DNA of 63,441 nt, counting the filler, from Octopus bimaculoides (lineage: Eukaryota): NCBI RefSeq assembly GCF_001194135.2. It is 3 parts of 3 records of this genome, joined end to end, with 100 filler letters (N's around TTAATTAATTAA, not from the genome) between each part and the next. Parts side by side here need not be neighbours in the genome. Positions count along the whole stretch, not along the records: positions 29,387 to 49,810 come from NC_068988.1; positions 49,911 to 63,441 come from NW_026410900.1; 1 more part is not named here. One strand, given 5' to 3'. Positions 45,546-58,904 of the stretch are shown here, piece by piece (positions within the stretch are counted from its first letter, which is position 1; each line of letters begins with the position of its first letter). The translations under genes were made by a program, and so were the position numbers. Below the pieces are notes generated by a model. The model was not told the DNA's origin and made no database searches. It saw only the letters and a program-made list of their open reading frames with translations.

Positions 45546-45706
45546 TTCTAGTGCACCTTGTCAGCTGATCTTTGTTTTCCAACGCCGTTGACTGTTCACC
45601 AATACGTCAAGCTCTTCCTGAAATAAGTAGGTATAGAAGACCTCCAAATTTAGCCAGGCCACTCAATATCTGTGTACATACATACATACATACATACAAA
45701 AAAAAA

Positions 45707-46125
45707 AGAAAAGAGAACACCTATGCTGAACTATAAAAAAATCTTCAGTTACTTTATCCAGATTACAAGATCAGATTTGTACCTGTAATTATTGGGACCC
45801 TGGGATATGTAACACACTACCTAAATACTAATCTTGAGAAATAAGGCTTCTCAAAACTAGAAAGGAGAAAGCTAATTCGAAGACTACAGATCCAATCCAT
45901 CACTGGAACTCTAAAAATCTGTAAAACTTACTAGAAGTTTATCATTTTTATCATTTATATATATATGGAGCATGTCTAGATATGCAACTACATGCATGAG
46001 AATACATACATAAAACATACAAATATGTACATACATACATACATACATACATACATACACTGTTGTTGATGTTGAAATTCCAATTAAGGATCCTTGGACC
46101 TAGGTTAGAAACTGGTTCTGTCTCT
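45707..46125 (+). pseudogene. R4/Dong-like (restriction-like endonuclease) non-LTR retrotransposon 3' end
   Basis: KENTYAEL..L..LYPDYKIRFVPVIIGTLG..NLEK.G..LIRRLQIQSITGTLKICKT, then (ATAC)n and a 3' UTR. Related pieces at 51845-51975 and 61445-61710. Confidence 0.6.
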
Positions 46126-46259
46126 ATTGGGAAGAAATCTTGAAATAAACTGAATAGCAACCCCCCCCCACACACACATACATATTGTTTTTGCAATGAG
46201 TTATAATCCTTTCTACTATAGGCACAAGTCCTGAAATTTGGTGGGAGGAGGATAGTCAA

Positions 46260-48115
46260 TTACATCGTAACAGATGGAGTACTTGTTAAACACACATTTA
46301 TCCCATTATGAATGAAGTGACAGACACAATGAGAAGATCGAGGAAAGATATGCCGGCAGAAAGGAGGCCAAGGCTCCGAATCTAACAGGCAGTTCACCCT
46401 GTTATCAGCCGACGCTGTCAAGACTGACTTTGCAGATCAGTTGAGTGTAGCGCCGGAAGATGTCATCGATATCACTGAAGTGGTCTGTGAGAGAGTAAGT
46501 GAATTTTTCTAAGATCTTCCAAAATCCTTCACGATTGATGGTGTCAAATGCCTTGGTTAAGTCTACGAATGCCGTGTGTAGAACGCTGTTCTGTTCTTGA
46601 TACTTCTGAAGTTAGCCTTAAAAAAAAATCGATTGTCCCACGGCTCTCTGACTTTCTGACTTCATGCCGCATTGACTTTCTGGAAGATGCCCGTCTTCCA
46701 CGTACTGTGTGAGGTGGTTAAAGACGACTCTTGCGTGTATGCTGGCAGCTATGGCAACGAGTTAAATTCTTCAGTGGTTGTCACAGAGTAACAGAAGCAT
46801 GCTTGGGCTCCCGAGGAAGGTCATGCGTTGCACAAGCCTTCAGCAGTAGATGTTGCTGTTGCTCTTTGCAACTCCGTTTCTCTCTATGATTCCCTCTTAT
46901 GTCTGGTAGTCTCCAAAATCGAGTAACTTGTCTTGACTCTGAAGAGTTAGTCTTCTGTATAGGCGTACGCACTAATGGTGGTGGATCAGCACGATTCTCT
47001 GGGGGACAACCATAGTCAGTTATTCAGTCTTATGGGGAGGGTCGTCAGCTTGTTGATTAGACTAGATTTGATGACAAATCCACTCCTTCTTCACGACGGT
47101 GGTCGCCACTGTAGCCACTCCAGAAGGTATAACCGGGTCTGACCTCAGTCACTGACTTTGTTTGCAAGTCTGGTCTCGCATAGAGCTGCAATGTAGATTT
47201 TGTTCTGCCGACTTCTCTTGTGACAAGTGCTGTCCGTTTCTCAGGTCTGTTTGCTTTAGAGTTGTCCATGAGCGTTCGCACATTCCATGTGCCAAGAGTG
47301 AGCATTGTCACCGATATTTTCTTCGACTCGATGTTTCGAGTAAGCAGGCCAAGGTGAAGTGAAGTGAAGTGTGTTATGTTGGGGATACCTTTTCTAGCCC
47401 CTTCCTAAGGCCATGGAGGTGAACAGAACAATCCTAGATAGGGAGTTCTCTGACACCCAGGATGTGCCAGATGCCGCTGCTGCTTCGGTCAGTAGGGAGT
47501 GACCCTATGATGTAGGTCACCTACATGTAGGTTTATGATCACAGCTTCCAGTGCATCCAATGCTGTTCATCCAATGCTGTTGCCTTGTCATTCGCCAATC
47601 GCCACAGGACTTGAAGGTGGGTCTGAGATGAATTGAAGGTGGATCTAGCACGTAACATGGATTAAAGTGTTGGAGGGTTGCGCAATGTCTCAATCATTCT
47701 TTCTTCCTTCTCCTTTCAGATTTGAGTGGTGGGCTGAAGTCAAGGCAACTAGAGATTGGTCGTTATGCGGTGGAATGTCACAATTTCCTTCGTGTCTCAC
47801 TCGGCTCTGTCGGCTCCTCACAATGCTTGCTGGTCCACCTTCCTTCCTGTTGAAATAATCACGTGGTTTCCTCTGTACATTCCGCCAGTTCCAGTACTTG
47901 CCATGCATAAGCAAGCCCTTGCACACCAAGGGTTGAAAGCACTCGGTTACCCTCACCATGGTTTAACTGGCCTGTCGAAGCCATTGACCGGGTGTGGATG
48001 AAGCGGCATGCAGAGCAGCTACGAGTGAGGAGTCACAGTTGAGAGCTTCTCAGATGAGGACCGAGGCGGATGAACTACTCCGAAAAGCACCACATGTTCC
48101 TCCCACGCTCACGTG
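46260..48115 (-). mobile_element. RTE (BovB-like) LINE, decayed and internally deleted
   Basis: Endonuclease start LTLGTWNVRTLMDNSKANRPEKRTALV at 47057-47311; RT motifs near 46300-46700 (GFR..RGT.D, VDL.KAFDT, LWKIL.K); long 5' leader. Confidence 0.8.
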
Positions 48116-49765
48116 ACAGAGATAGGGACGTAGATAAACAAATAGACTGACAAACGGACAGGAGGATTGATAGCTCGCTAGATAGAGAGATAACTAGATA
48201 GGTAGATAAACAGATAGACAGACAGACAGACAGACACACAGATAGACACACAGATTGATAAATAGAAAGATAGAGGGATAGATAGAAAAAGAGAAATAGA
48301 ATGGGTATTAGAGGCTGTCTATGACAGAGACAAATTAAGACATCTAGAGAGAGAGAGAAAGAGAGAGCAAGAGAGACAGGGAGTGAGAGAGAATGAGTGA
48401 TGGAGACCGACAGTTAAACGCTTCAACATAAACACATACATATTCTCTCACACACAGAACCCCAGAAACATTAGACACTTATAACCGAAGGTGTGTGTGG
48501 TCACGTGTTGGGAACAGTAGTGATATGTGCAATATATTGAACATCTAATTGAGAATGTTTTAATATAGAAATATCTTTAAAAATGCTAAACATTAGAAAT
48601 ACCATGTTCTAGAAGTATACTGAACATCGAATGAAGAATGTTGCTTTATTGTAGAATTAACTTTAAATGCTCAGACAGTTTGAGCAACAAATATTTTTTT
48701 TTATTAAAATACAAATCATGTGTACATAATATATTGAAAACCGAATGAAGAATAAATGTTGCTTCAATACTAACAAAATTTGAAATGCTCAAACATTTTA
48801 AGAGGAAAACTTATTTTTAATGAAGATACTCACCATGTTCATTGAATGAAGAATACATGTTGATTTATTATTGAAGTAACTTGAACAGATGCTCAAACAT
48901 TTTGAAAGCAACAAAATAAATTCTGATTAAACTTTTCTCCATGCCTATAGTCATATTCTATTGTCAATTGCATGAATTAGATGTTAAGTAACAATTATTT
49001 TGTGCTCATTATTTTGATTGTTATTTGACGTCATTGTTATTTCTCTTTACACGATTACTTACCATTAATTATTCTGCTGAAATATATGGAGTGTGAGCAA
49101 TAATTCTGGTTGTGCCCCACCAGATTTCCTGTACTAGAATCACCGAGCTAAAAGTTTATACAATTCTGTAACACTACCGTACATCTTATAACTATGTTAT
49201 GCGACCAGCCAGCATGTTATATTGGGTGCTCAAGAACTTAAAGGAGCATAAAACATCCCCACAAACACTGAAAACAATGTGAAGATGACTCTCACTTCAC
49301 ACAAGTCTTCAATTGCATAGATACGCCTCCTGGCGCACGCATTTCCTAGCCTCTAATCACCGCGAAATGTTGAAAGAGACTGAAGATTTTTGAAAGCAAA
49401 ACTCCCGAGAAATTATATTTATATTATGACGTCATAATCACAAACAGGAAAAATTAAAATTTTTTGGTCAAGACGAAAGATATTTAAATCTCATAAACAC
49501 ACAAATACACACACATACATGAACATATACACACACATATATATATATACAAGCATGAAAATACATACATACGCATACAGACGTTCTAACGCTAACGCAC
49601 TGCATACATGCACGTACCCACACACAGACTCAGCCACACAATTACACAAACATACAGTCATACACACACGCACAAAACACACATACACATATACACGCTC
49701 ACTCACACACATACACATCCATATACACAGAATCGGCCCAAAGAATGTATACACACTTCAAGAAG

Positions 49766-49810
<45 letters not shown>

Positions 49811-50140
49811 NNNNNNNNNNNNNNNNNNNNNNNNNNNNNNNNNNNNNNNNNNNNTTAATTAATTAANNNNNNNNNNNNNNNNNNNNNNNNNNNNNNNNNN
49901 NNNNNNNNNNTACATACATACCCCCCCACACACACACACCACTTCAACCCCCCCCACACACACACACCCACATACCCGTTTCAATTAAGCTTTCCGGCTT
50001 TGTTTCTACAATTCCTGCCAGTTCCATCATGGCATTGTTATGTCTTTTAGCATAATCATATCCAGCAAACATCCTATATCCAAACACAGCTATTGATGGA
50101 ACTGTTTCCTTCCATCCATCCATCCACCTTTTGACTATTA

Positions 50141-50174
<34 letters not shown>

Positions 50175-50333
50175 AGTTGCACAGTCTCTTTACACATCTG
50201 ATATCACTTTCCTTCTTCTCTTCTTCCGAATTTCTTCCATGCTCTACTTCCCATTATTGTGTTAATGCCGGAACGCATTTTCTCTAGGAATCCACGTTAC
50301 AGCTTTAACTTACTACACCATACCATGCCTTTG

Positions 50334-50334
50334 C

Positions 50335-50403
<69 letters not shown>
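50334..50403. repeat. (TTA)n microsatellite
   Basis: Direct reading. Confidence 0.95.
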
Positions 50404-50404
<1 letters not shown>

Positions 50405-51166
50405 GGTGTTGCTGTTGTTGTTGTGGTTGTTATGCTTTTAGATTTAGGCTAAAGGATAGGAATTTTGGACCCAGACTATTTTTTTTCAGTGCCTTCCTTG
50501 CCATCATTCTACCACCACGATCATTTTTTAGCATCGCCGCCGCCTTTCTACTCCCTGAGTTCGGGCTGGAAATTTNNNNNNNNNNNNNNNNNNNNNNNNN
50601 NNNNNNNNNNNNNNNNNNNNNNNNNNNNNNNNNNNNNNNNNNNNNNNNNNNNNNNNNNNNNNNNNNNNNNNNNNNNNNNNNNNNNNNNNNNNNNNNNNNN
50701 NNNNNNNNNNNNNNNNNNNNNNNNNNNNNNNNNNNNNNNNNNNNNNNNNNNNNNNNNNNNNNNNNNNNNNNNNNNNNNNNNNNNNNNNNNNNNNNNNNNN
50801 NNNNNNNNNNNNNNNNNNNNNNNNNNNNNNNNNNNNNNNNNNNNNNNNNNNNNNNNNNNNNNNNNNNNNNNNNNNNNNNNNNNNNNNNNNNNNNNNNNNN
50901 NNNNNNNNNNNNNNNNNNNNNNNNNNNNNNNNNNNNNNNNNNNNNNNNNNNNNNNNNNNNNNNNNNNNNNNNNNNNNNNNNNNNNNNNNNNNNNNNNNNN
51001 NNNNNNNNNNNNNNNNNNNNNNNNNNNNNNNNNNNNNNNNNNNNNNNNNNNNNNNNNNNNNNNNNNNNNNNNNNNNNNNNNNNNNNNNNNNNNNNNNNNN
51101 NNNNNNNNNNNNNNNNNNNNNNNNNNNNNNNNNNNNNNNNNNNNNNNNNNNNNNNNNNNNNNNNNN

Positions 51167-51227
<61 letters not shown>

Positions 51228-51228
51228 G

Positions 51229-51413
51229 TTTGTGTGTCTGTGTTTGTCCCCCCAATATCGCTTGAAAATCGATGCTTGTGTGTTTACGTCCCCGTAACCT
51301 AGCGGTTCGACAAAAGAGACCGATAGAATAAGTACTAGGCTTAGAAAGAATAGGTCCTGGGGTCGATTTGCTCGACTAAAGGCGGTGCTCCAACATGGCC
51401 GCAGTCAAATGAC
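51229..51413 (+). mobile_element. SINE body B
   Basis: Reverse complement of 60307-60500. Confidence 0.85.
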
Positions 51414-52317
51414 AAGATTTAGGTTTTCTGAGTTCGGTTGCAGCGCCTTTCCCCAGAAGCAGGCAGTAGATTTCTATCTTCGTCTACCATTTATTCTTTT
51501 CCATTTAGTTACGGTTCTCTATTAACAAATTCTCCATTCCACTTTGTTCCAAGAAAAATATCATCTCTATTGCCTTTAGCAAAACTATATTCTTTTTGCT
51601 ATCCTTTCCCTCCCTTATTCTCCTATTCAACCTATGTACGTACGTATGTACGTACGTATGTATGTATGTATGTATGTCTCTTCTATTTATTTTCTAATTA
51701 CCATAAGTCTTCCACTTAGTGGGGAACAGGTTTCCAGCAAAGATACAAGGCTCCATCTTTGGGATGTAGTTAACACAGACAAGTTCACATTTGGAACTTG
51801 AGAAAAGTCTTACATATTTTTATCTATGAAACTTCCACGCTATTGTGACCCTGAGATATGTGACACACTGCCTAAATAGCAATCTTGAGAAATTAGGACT
51901 TCTCAAATCAAGAAAGGAGAAAGCTAATTCGAAGACTACAGATCTAGACCATCACTGGAACTGTAAATCTATGAAACTTCGACGCTTCTTTTTCAGTCTT
52001 CCCCTTTCTTTTTTTGTTTGTCAGTCTCTCTCCCTCGCCCCCTCTCTCTCTCTCTNNNNNNNNNNCACCACCACCACCACCATTCCTTGTAACTAAAACC
52101 AACTTTTCGTGGTAACACCGCAAACGAAGTTTTAAGGTTGGACTTTTGATGTCGTTTATCATGCATTTCTTTACCGGGAATTTTGCTTGGACTACGAGTC
52201 AATGAAGTTGGCTTCCACGTGGTCGACCTGCTGAAAATAGTAGCAAAATAACCCTCAAATCATATTTTCTACTCTCTTAGGAAAAAGATACATCGGATAA
52301 TATTCTAAGTACCCTAA

Positions 52318-52489
52318 GGCAGCGAGCAGACAGAAACGTTAGCACGCAGGGCAAAATGCTTAGCAGCTTTTCGCCTGTCTTTGCGTTCTGAGTTCAAATT
52401 CCGCCGAGGTCAACTTTGCCTTTCATTCTTTCGGGGTCGATAAATTCAGTACCAGTTGCGTACTGGGTCGATCTAATCGACTGGCCCCC
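52318..52489 (+). mobile_element. SINE family A
   Basis: Near-identical to 7814-7985; runs into a gap. Confidence 0.88.
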
Positions 52490-52895
52490 NNNNNNNNNNN
52501 NNNNNNNNNNNNNNNNNNNNNNNNNNNNNNNNNNNNNNNNNNNNNNNNNNNNNNNNNNNNNNNNNNNNNNNNNNNNNNNNNNNNNNNNNNNNNNNNNNNN
52601 NNNNNNNNNNNNNNNNNNNNNNNNNNNNNNNNNNNNNNNNNNNNNNNNNNNNNNNNNNNNNNNNNNNNNNNNNNNNNNNNNNNNNNNNNNNNNNNNNNNN
52701 NNNNNNNNNNNNNNNNNNNNNNNNNNNNNNNNNNNNNNNNNNNNNNNNNNNNNNNNNNNNNNNNNNNNNNNNNNNNNNNNNNNNNNNNNNNNNNNNNNNN
52801 NNNNNNNNNNNNNNNNNNNNNNNNNNNNNNNNNNNNNNNNNNNNNNNNNNNNNNNNNNNNNNNNNNNNNNNNNNNNNNNNNNNNNNNNNNNNNNN

Positions 52896-53258
52896 TGATT
52901 AGGGCAGCGGACTCGTGGTCATAGGATCGCGATTTCGATTCCCAGATCGGGCGTTGTGAGTGTTTATTGAGCGAAAACACCTAAAAGCTCCACGAGGCTC
53001 CAGCAGGGGATGGTGGCAAACCCTGCTGTACTTTTTCATCACAACTTTCTCTCACTCTTACTTCCTGTTTCTGTTGTGCCTGTATTTCAAAAGAGCCAGC
53101 CTTGTCACACTGTGTCACGCTGAATATCCTCCGAGAACCACGTTAAGGCTACACGTGTCTGTGGAGTGCTCAGCCACTTGCACGTTAATTTCACGAGCAG
53201 GCTGTTCCGTTGATCGGATCAACTGGAACCCTCGACGTCGTAAGCGACGGAGTGCCAA
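52896..53258 (+). mobile_element. SINE family D
   Basis: tRNA-like head followed by the family D body. Confidence 0.85.
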
Positions 53259-53629
53259 CCCTTCCCGTATGTTATTCGTTCAGAACGAGTTTTCACTATA
53301 CTTGTCGAGAACTGATCTAAAACCACTTGACTGCTTGTCAAATATATATTACACATTTGAGACTAATTTAACCTTGAATACACAAGGTGTCCTTAATTTT
53401 TTTTTAGTTTATTTTACTTCTAATTTTACGTATTATTTTTTTTATTTTAATAGTATAACGTTTCCTTACCTCTGTTAGCTCATTAAACTATTTTTGTTCT
53501 CTCCTCCTTTGCTATTTATTACGAGTTTACCGTAAGTAGCTATTCTTATATCCTTCAAGATTACAGGTTATTTATAGCATGATTCGTTTCACGTCTTTCT
53601 ATCTCATTTGTTCTCCTGCTCTCTTTATT

Positions 53630-53660
<31 letters not shown>

Positions 53661-54089
53661 ATATATACAAAAATAAGAGGAACGACCAGCAAAAGTGGAC
53701 TCCTACATGCCAGAAATGATGCCGAATCATCTAACCACGAAAAAAATGTATGTTCTCAGTAAAAATTCAGCGACACAACAGATTGTATAAGAGTAAAACA
53801 AATGAAAAAATACTAAATAAAAAAACGATTAACCTACGTACCATGGTTTCACCTGTTAAAATTTACACAAGTAAATATCTGCAGGATCGTCAGCGTAGTC
53901 CGTCGATTCGCAATGCAATTTTCAGAACTAGACACAAGACGTCCACCCGAAATGGGGCACGTGTAGAGTTCTACAAATTACATTCAGTGTATCATTTCAA
54001 ATGTCTTCAATCTGGCGCGCTAAGTCCGGAAATAACTCTGCAGTTAATAAATTTTTGCAGCTAATTTACCGGTATGAGAACATTATTAT

Positions 54090-54228
54090 ATAAAATTTAT
54101 TAATGACGGTAGAAATTGATATTAATCAATTAAAACCAGTGGTTTTAATCTTCGGATTTTTTTTAATATGCTAGACCACTGGTTTTAATTGATTAATATC
54201 AATTTCTACCCTCATTAATAAATTTTAT
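54090..54228. repeat. 54-bp inverted repeat with a 31-nt spacer
   Basis: Arms 54090-54143 and 54175-54228, one mismatch. Confidence 0.92.
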
Positions 54229-54242
54229 CTTTATAGATATAT

Positions 54243-54266
54243 ATGTGTGTGTGTGTGTCTGTGTGT

Positions 54267-54324
<58 letters not shown>

Positions 54325-54350
54325 ATTTACCTATCTATCTGTCTATAACT

Positions 54351-54401
<51 letters not shown>

Positions 54402-54492
54402 TGTATGTATGTATGTACATGTCTAACTATATTCTATCTCTCTATGTGTGTATATGCATCAATCTATCTTATCTATCTATCTACCTATCTAT

Positions 54493-54527
<35 letters not shown>

Positions 54528-54620
54528 CTTTTGTACGTATGTCTCTTTTTATCTCTCTCTCACACACACACTCTCTCTCTCTCTCTCTCTCTCTTCCCCC
54601 CTCCCCCTCTCTCTCTCTCG
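54243..54620. repeat. Compound microsatellite (TG/TA/CA/TATC/TC)
   Basis: Direct reading. Confidence 0.9.
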
Positions 54621-54934
54621 ATATTCAGTTACCTTTAAAACAACGTATTCTTATTCCGTAATGCTTTTACTCTCGTCTATTAAAAAACAATAAATAAAAA
54701 CCTCCCCCTCCTCCGTGTATTCATTTACTTCGGCTGATATTTCTTTCTTGTTTACCATTTTCCTCTTTCTTCTACCAGTTCCCATTACAGTTACCTCAGC
54801 CTACTAAATCCTCGTGCATACCTCAAGGATAACAAAAAAAAAGGGAAAACAAAAAAGAGGTTACGGAAGGGGTGGAGTGGGAGCGAGGGTTAAAATGTAA
54901 AAATTAAATTTTGAAAAAATTTTTTTATTTACTT

Positions 54935-55096
54935 GTGGTTGTGTCGTAAGAAGCTTGCTTCCCAACCACATGTTTCTGGGTTCAATCCTCCAATCCCACT
55001 GCGTAACGCCTTGGGCAAGTGTCTTCTACTATAGCCCTAGCTGACCAAATCCTTGTGAGTGGATTTGGTAGACAGAAAATGAAAGAAGCCCGTTGT

Positions 55097-55098
<2 letters not shown>
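54935..55098 (+). mobile_element. SINE head C
   Basis: gtggttgtgtcgtaagaagcttgc...gggttcaatcc...gaaagaagcccg, followed by (TA)n. Confidence 0.85.
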
Positions 55099-55132
<34 letters not shown>

Positions 55133-55149
55133 GCCATGATAGATCGCTA

Positions 55150-55328
55150 ACCACTACACACATTTTTTTCTCTGCTTGTTTCTCTCCTTGTTTCCTTCTG
55201 TGTTCTTTTCTGTGGAAGAGCGTAGGCTCGAAATGTTAAAGACTTTTTCAATTCCTGAGCGTTATACTAAAACATCTGTTTGTTTTCTACAACACGTGTC
55301 TTCGTCTGTTGTTTTTCTTTTTTTGTGT
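55150..55328 (+). mobile_element. Penelope-type pLTR fragment with a decayed hammerhead motif
   Basis: CTGTGGA-A-GAGC/GTAG/GCTC-GAAATGTT; inverse copy at 58813-58975. Confidence 0.55.
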
Positions 55329-55493
55329 GAATTCTCCCTAGTTAAAGAATAGAAGAGTAAACGTTTTAAGCCAATCAGTTTTCTGGGGAGGGGCCAGTCG
55401 ATCACTTAGAACCTCGGCGATCGGCCAGTGATGATGGTCGAAGGGCAAAAAATTGACCTTGACCAAATTTGAACTCAGAATTCGAAAACAAAT

Positions 55494-55551
<58 letters not shown>

Positions 55552-55646
55552 CAGCAGCGGTAGTAGTAATAGTAGTAGTAGCAGCAGCAGCGATAACGGT
55601 AGTAGTAGTAGTAGTAGTAGTAGTAGCAGCAGCTGTAGTGGTAGCT

Positions 55647-55710
<64 letters not shown>

Positions 55711-55806
55711 CTAAAGCAGCAGTAGTAGCAGTTGTAGCAGTGATGGATTTGATGGTTGTAGTAATAGTGGTGGTGGTGGTGATAGTAGTAGTAGTAGTAG
55801 TAGTAG
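55494..55806. repeat. (AGT)n/(AGC)n trinucleotide repeat
   Basis: Direct reading. Confidence 0.95.
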
Positions 55807-57145
55807 CAGCAACGGACGGGGATGGTGCTGCTGACTGACCTCGGCTTAAATATGTATATTGTCAGCATTGGTTTTGGGTTGGTGCGACACTTGTAGTGAA
55901 ATGTCAGCGAATGCGATTAGAGAGAGAGAGAGAGAGGCGAGGAAGGCGGGGAGGGCGGAGACGGCGGAAAGGCTTCGAATTTGTAAATAAACAGGCGTGC
56001 GCGCGCGAAAGTCACACGCATATGCACAGAGACGGAGAGAGAGAGAACGGAAGGAGAGAGAGAGNNNNNNNNNNNNNNNNNNNNNNNNNNNNNNNNNNNN
56101 NNNNNNNNNNNNNNNNNNNNNNNNNNNNNNNNNNNNNNNNNNNNNNNNNNNNNNNNNNNNNNNNNNNNNNNNNNNNNNNNNNNNNNNNNNNNNNNNNNNN
56201 NNNNNNNNNNNNNNNNNNNNNNNNNNNNNNNNNNNNNNNNNNNNNNNNNNNNNNNNNNNNNNNNNNNNNNNNNNNNNNNNNNNNNNNNNNNNNNNNNNNN
56301 NNNNNNNNNNNNNNNNNNNNNNNNNNNNNNNNNNNNNNNNNNNNNNNNNNNNNNNNNNNNNNNNNNNNNNNNNNNNNNNNNNNNNNNNNNNNNNNNNNNN
56401 NNNNNNNNNNNNNNNNNNNNNNNNNNNNNNNNNNNNNNNNNNNNNNNNNNNNNNNNNNNNNNNNNNNNNNNNNNNNNNNNNNNNNNNNNNNNNNNNNNNN
56501 NNNNNNNNNNNNNNNNNNNNNNNNNNNNNNNNNNNNNNNNNNNNNNNNNNNNNNNNNNNNNNNNNNNNNNNNNNNNNNNNNNNNNNNNNNNNNNNNNNNN
56601 NNNNNNNNNNNNNNNNNNNNNNNNNNNNNNNNNNNNNNNNNNNNNNNNNNNNNNNNNNNNNNNNNNNNNNNNNNNNNNNNNNNNNNNNNNNNNNNNNNNN
56701 NNNNNNNNNNNNNNNNNNNNNNNNNNNNNNNNNNNNNNNNNNNNNNNNNNNNNNNNNNNNNNNNNNNNNNNNNNNNNNNNNNNNNNNNNNNNNNNNNNNN
56801 NNNNNNNNNNNNNNNNNNNNNNNNNNNNNNNNNNNNNNNNNNNNNNNNNNNNNNNNNNNNNNNNNNNNNNNNNNNNNNNNNNNNNNNNNNNNNNNNNNNN
56901 NNNNNNNNNNNNNNNNNNNNNNNNNNNNNNNNNNAAAAAAAAAAAAAAACGCTGTCACCACCACCACTACTACTGCTACTACTACTACTAACAACAATAA
57001 CAAACACGCACGCACATATACACACACACATACACATGCAGTTAAATGCGCCATTGAACTCCCGCACACAGGTGTCATTCATATGCGACCGAGACACCTC
57101 ACGGCAAATCTTGCACTACTTCTGTAAGCGGAAGCCTCAAAAACG

Positions 57146-57191
<46 letters not shown>

Positions 57192-57464
57192 CATACATGT
57201 CAGTATGACAGCTTAGTTTTATGCAGCACAACGCTAACGTAAATAATTAAGCCTGCTTTGTGGCCACGTGGTTATAATGGATTTAAGCTCTCCGCGCGGC
57301 ACCTTGATCAAATATTTTCTACTACACTCGCGGGCCAACCAAATGCATTATGGGAAATACAAACTGTGTCGAACGCCGTTGTCGAGCAAAATTATTCTAT
57401 TGTACTAGTCTGGGATTTAGAGGTCTCCAGTTATTCAACTGCCTACCTAAAGGAATCAGAAAGA

Positions 57465-57800
57465 TAAAAATGGCGGCTACTGAAACATAAGAAAAAAGGG
57501 AAAAACATTGGATAAACTCCTAACAACGATACCGGATCAGCTAACGGATCCTTTGTTTGGCTGCCAATTTTCAATCTCTTCAATTTCTGTTCATATTCGG
57601 TGTAATGATGTAGTTTTATGTGCTAATCAATGCCATGAAAGTCATTTTCGCTATACATTAATAAATAAAAAGCTAGCTTTTAAAGTTTAAATTTAGGGTA
57701 ATTTTAGCCAATCGTAAGCCACGAACACATTCATGCCTGTTTCCATAGTAACAAGCCAAACGCTGTCACCATAAAAGCATGTTGTTCTCATGTGACGTAC
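57465..57800. promoter_or_regulatory. Putative promoter motif cluster (YY1, CCAAT, RFX X-box, E-box/CRE)
   Basis: AAAATGGCGGC 57467-57477; AGCCAATCG 57706-57714; GTTTCCATAGTAAC 57739-57752; TCATGTGACGTA 57788-57799. Confidence 0.4.
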
Positions 57801-57927
57801 ACAACAGCTACTAACATAATTACATTTGAATCTGCTAAGAGAAAATAAGCAAATCATCGTTCCAGACCTTGCTGTACATAGTGCAAATAACGACGTTTTA
57901 AAAATATGTCGTTAACAAATAGGTACA

Positions 57928-58088
57928 GGCGTGGCTGTGTAGTAAGAAACTTGCTTCCTAACCTCATGGTTCCGGGTTCAGTCCCATTGTGTGGCACCTT
58001 AGATAAGTGTCTTCTACTACAGCCTCGAGGCGACTAAAGCTTTGAGAGTGGATTTGGTTAATGGAAACTGAAAGAAGCCCGTCGTATA
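57928..58088 (+). mobile_element. SINE head C
   Basis: Matches 54935-55098. Confidence 0.87.
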
Positions 58089-58720
58089 TATATATTTATA
58101 TATACACATATATGTGTTTGTGTGTGTGTGAGTGTGTATTTTAGCTTTTACTTGTTTCAGTCTTGTATTCGATTAAGATGCTTTAAGGTTGGTGATCGGA
58201 TCAACAGGAACCCTCGTCGTCGTAACCGACGGAGTGCCAATTTAACTAAATGCAGAAAATAAAAAAAAATTAGTTTGTGAGAGAAAAAGACTAAACAAAC
58301 AAACAAACAAACAGAAATATGCTTCAGCTCATTTTCAGTCTTGTCATAGTGTCGTTGAATAGACAGAAAGAAGATGGCTACAGAATTCACAAACAGACTG
58401 CTTTAAAAAAAGCATTAAAATGAAGAAAATTTACATCTTACACTTATTTAGAACGTGTTTTACATTTATTTAGAGTAATATGTGGAAAGGATAGTACAGT
58501 GCTTTTGTTTTGTTTGTTGTCTTTTTAACAAAATACAACATATGAAAAACTGTTTATTTTATGCAAAGTGTGGTCTGTGTTTGTGCATTAACACCTAACA
58601 TAAGCCACAGCATAACAAGAAAAACTACTGGATTAAAGGAATATGTGTATGTGTGTGCCTGTGTGTGTGTGTGTGTGTGCGTGTGTACATATATTGTATG
58701 TATGTATACACACACACATG

Positions 58721-58779
<59 letters not shown>

Positions 58780-58904
58780 GTATACGCAATGTATATATAT
58801 ATATATATATATATGGGAGAATATACAAAAAATAACAACAGACGAGGACAGGTGGTGTAAATAACAAAAGTATATATTAGTATGACGCTCGGGAATACGG
58901 AAAG

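Noticed and set aside
55338-55868. Poly-Tyr, poly-Ser and poly-Val ORFs
   Set aside because: Translations of the (AGT)n microsatellite in three frames.
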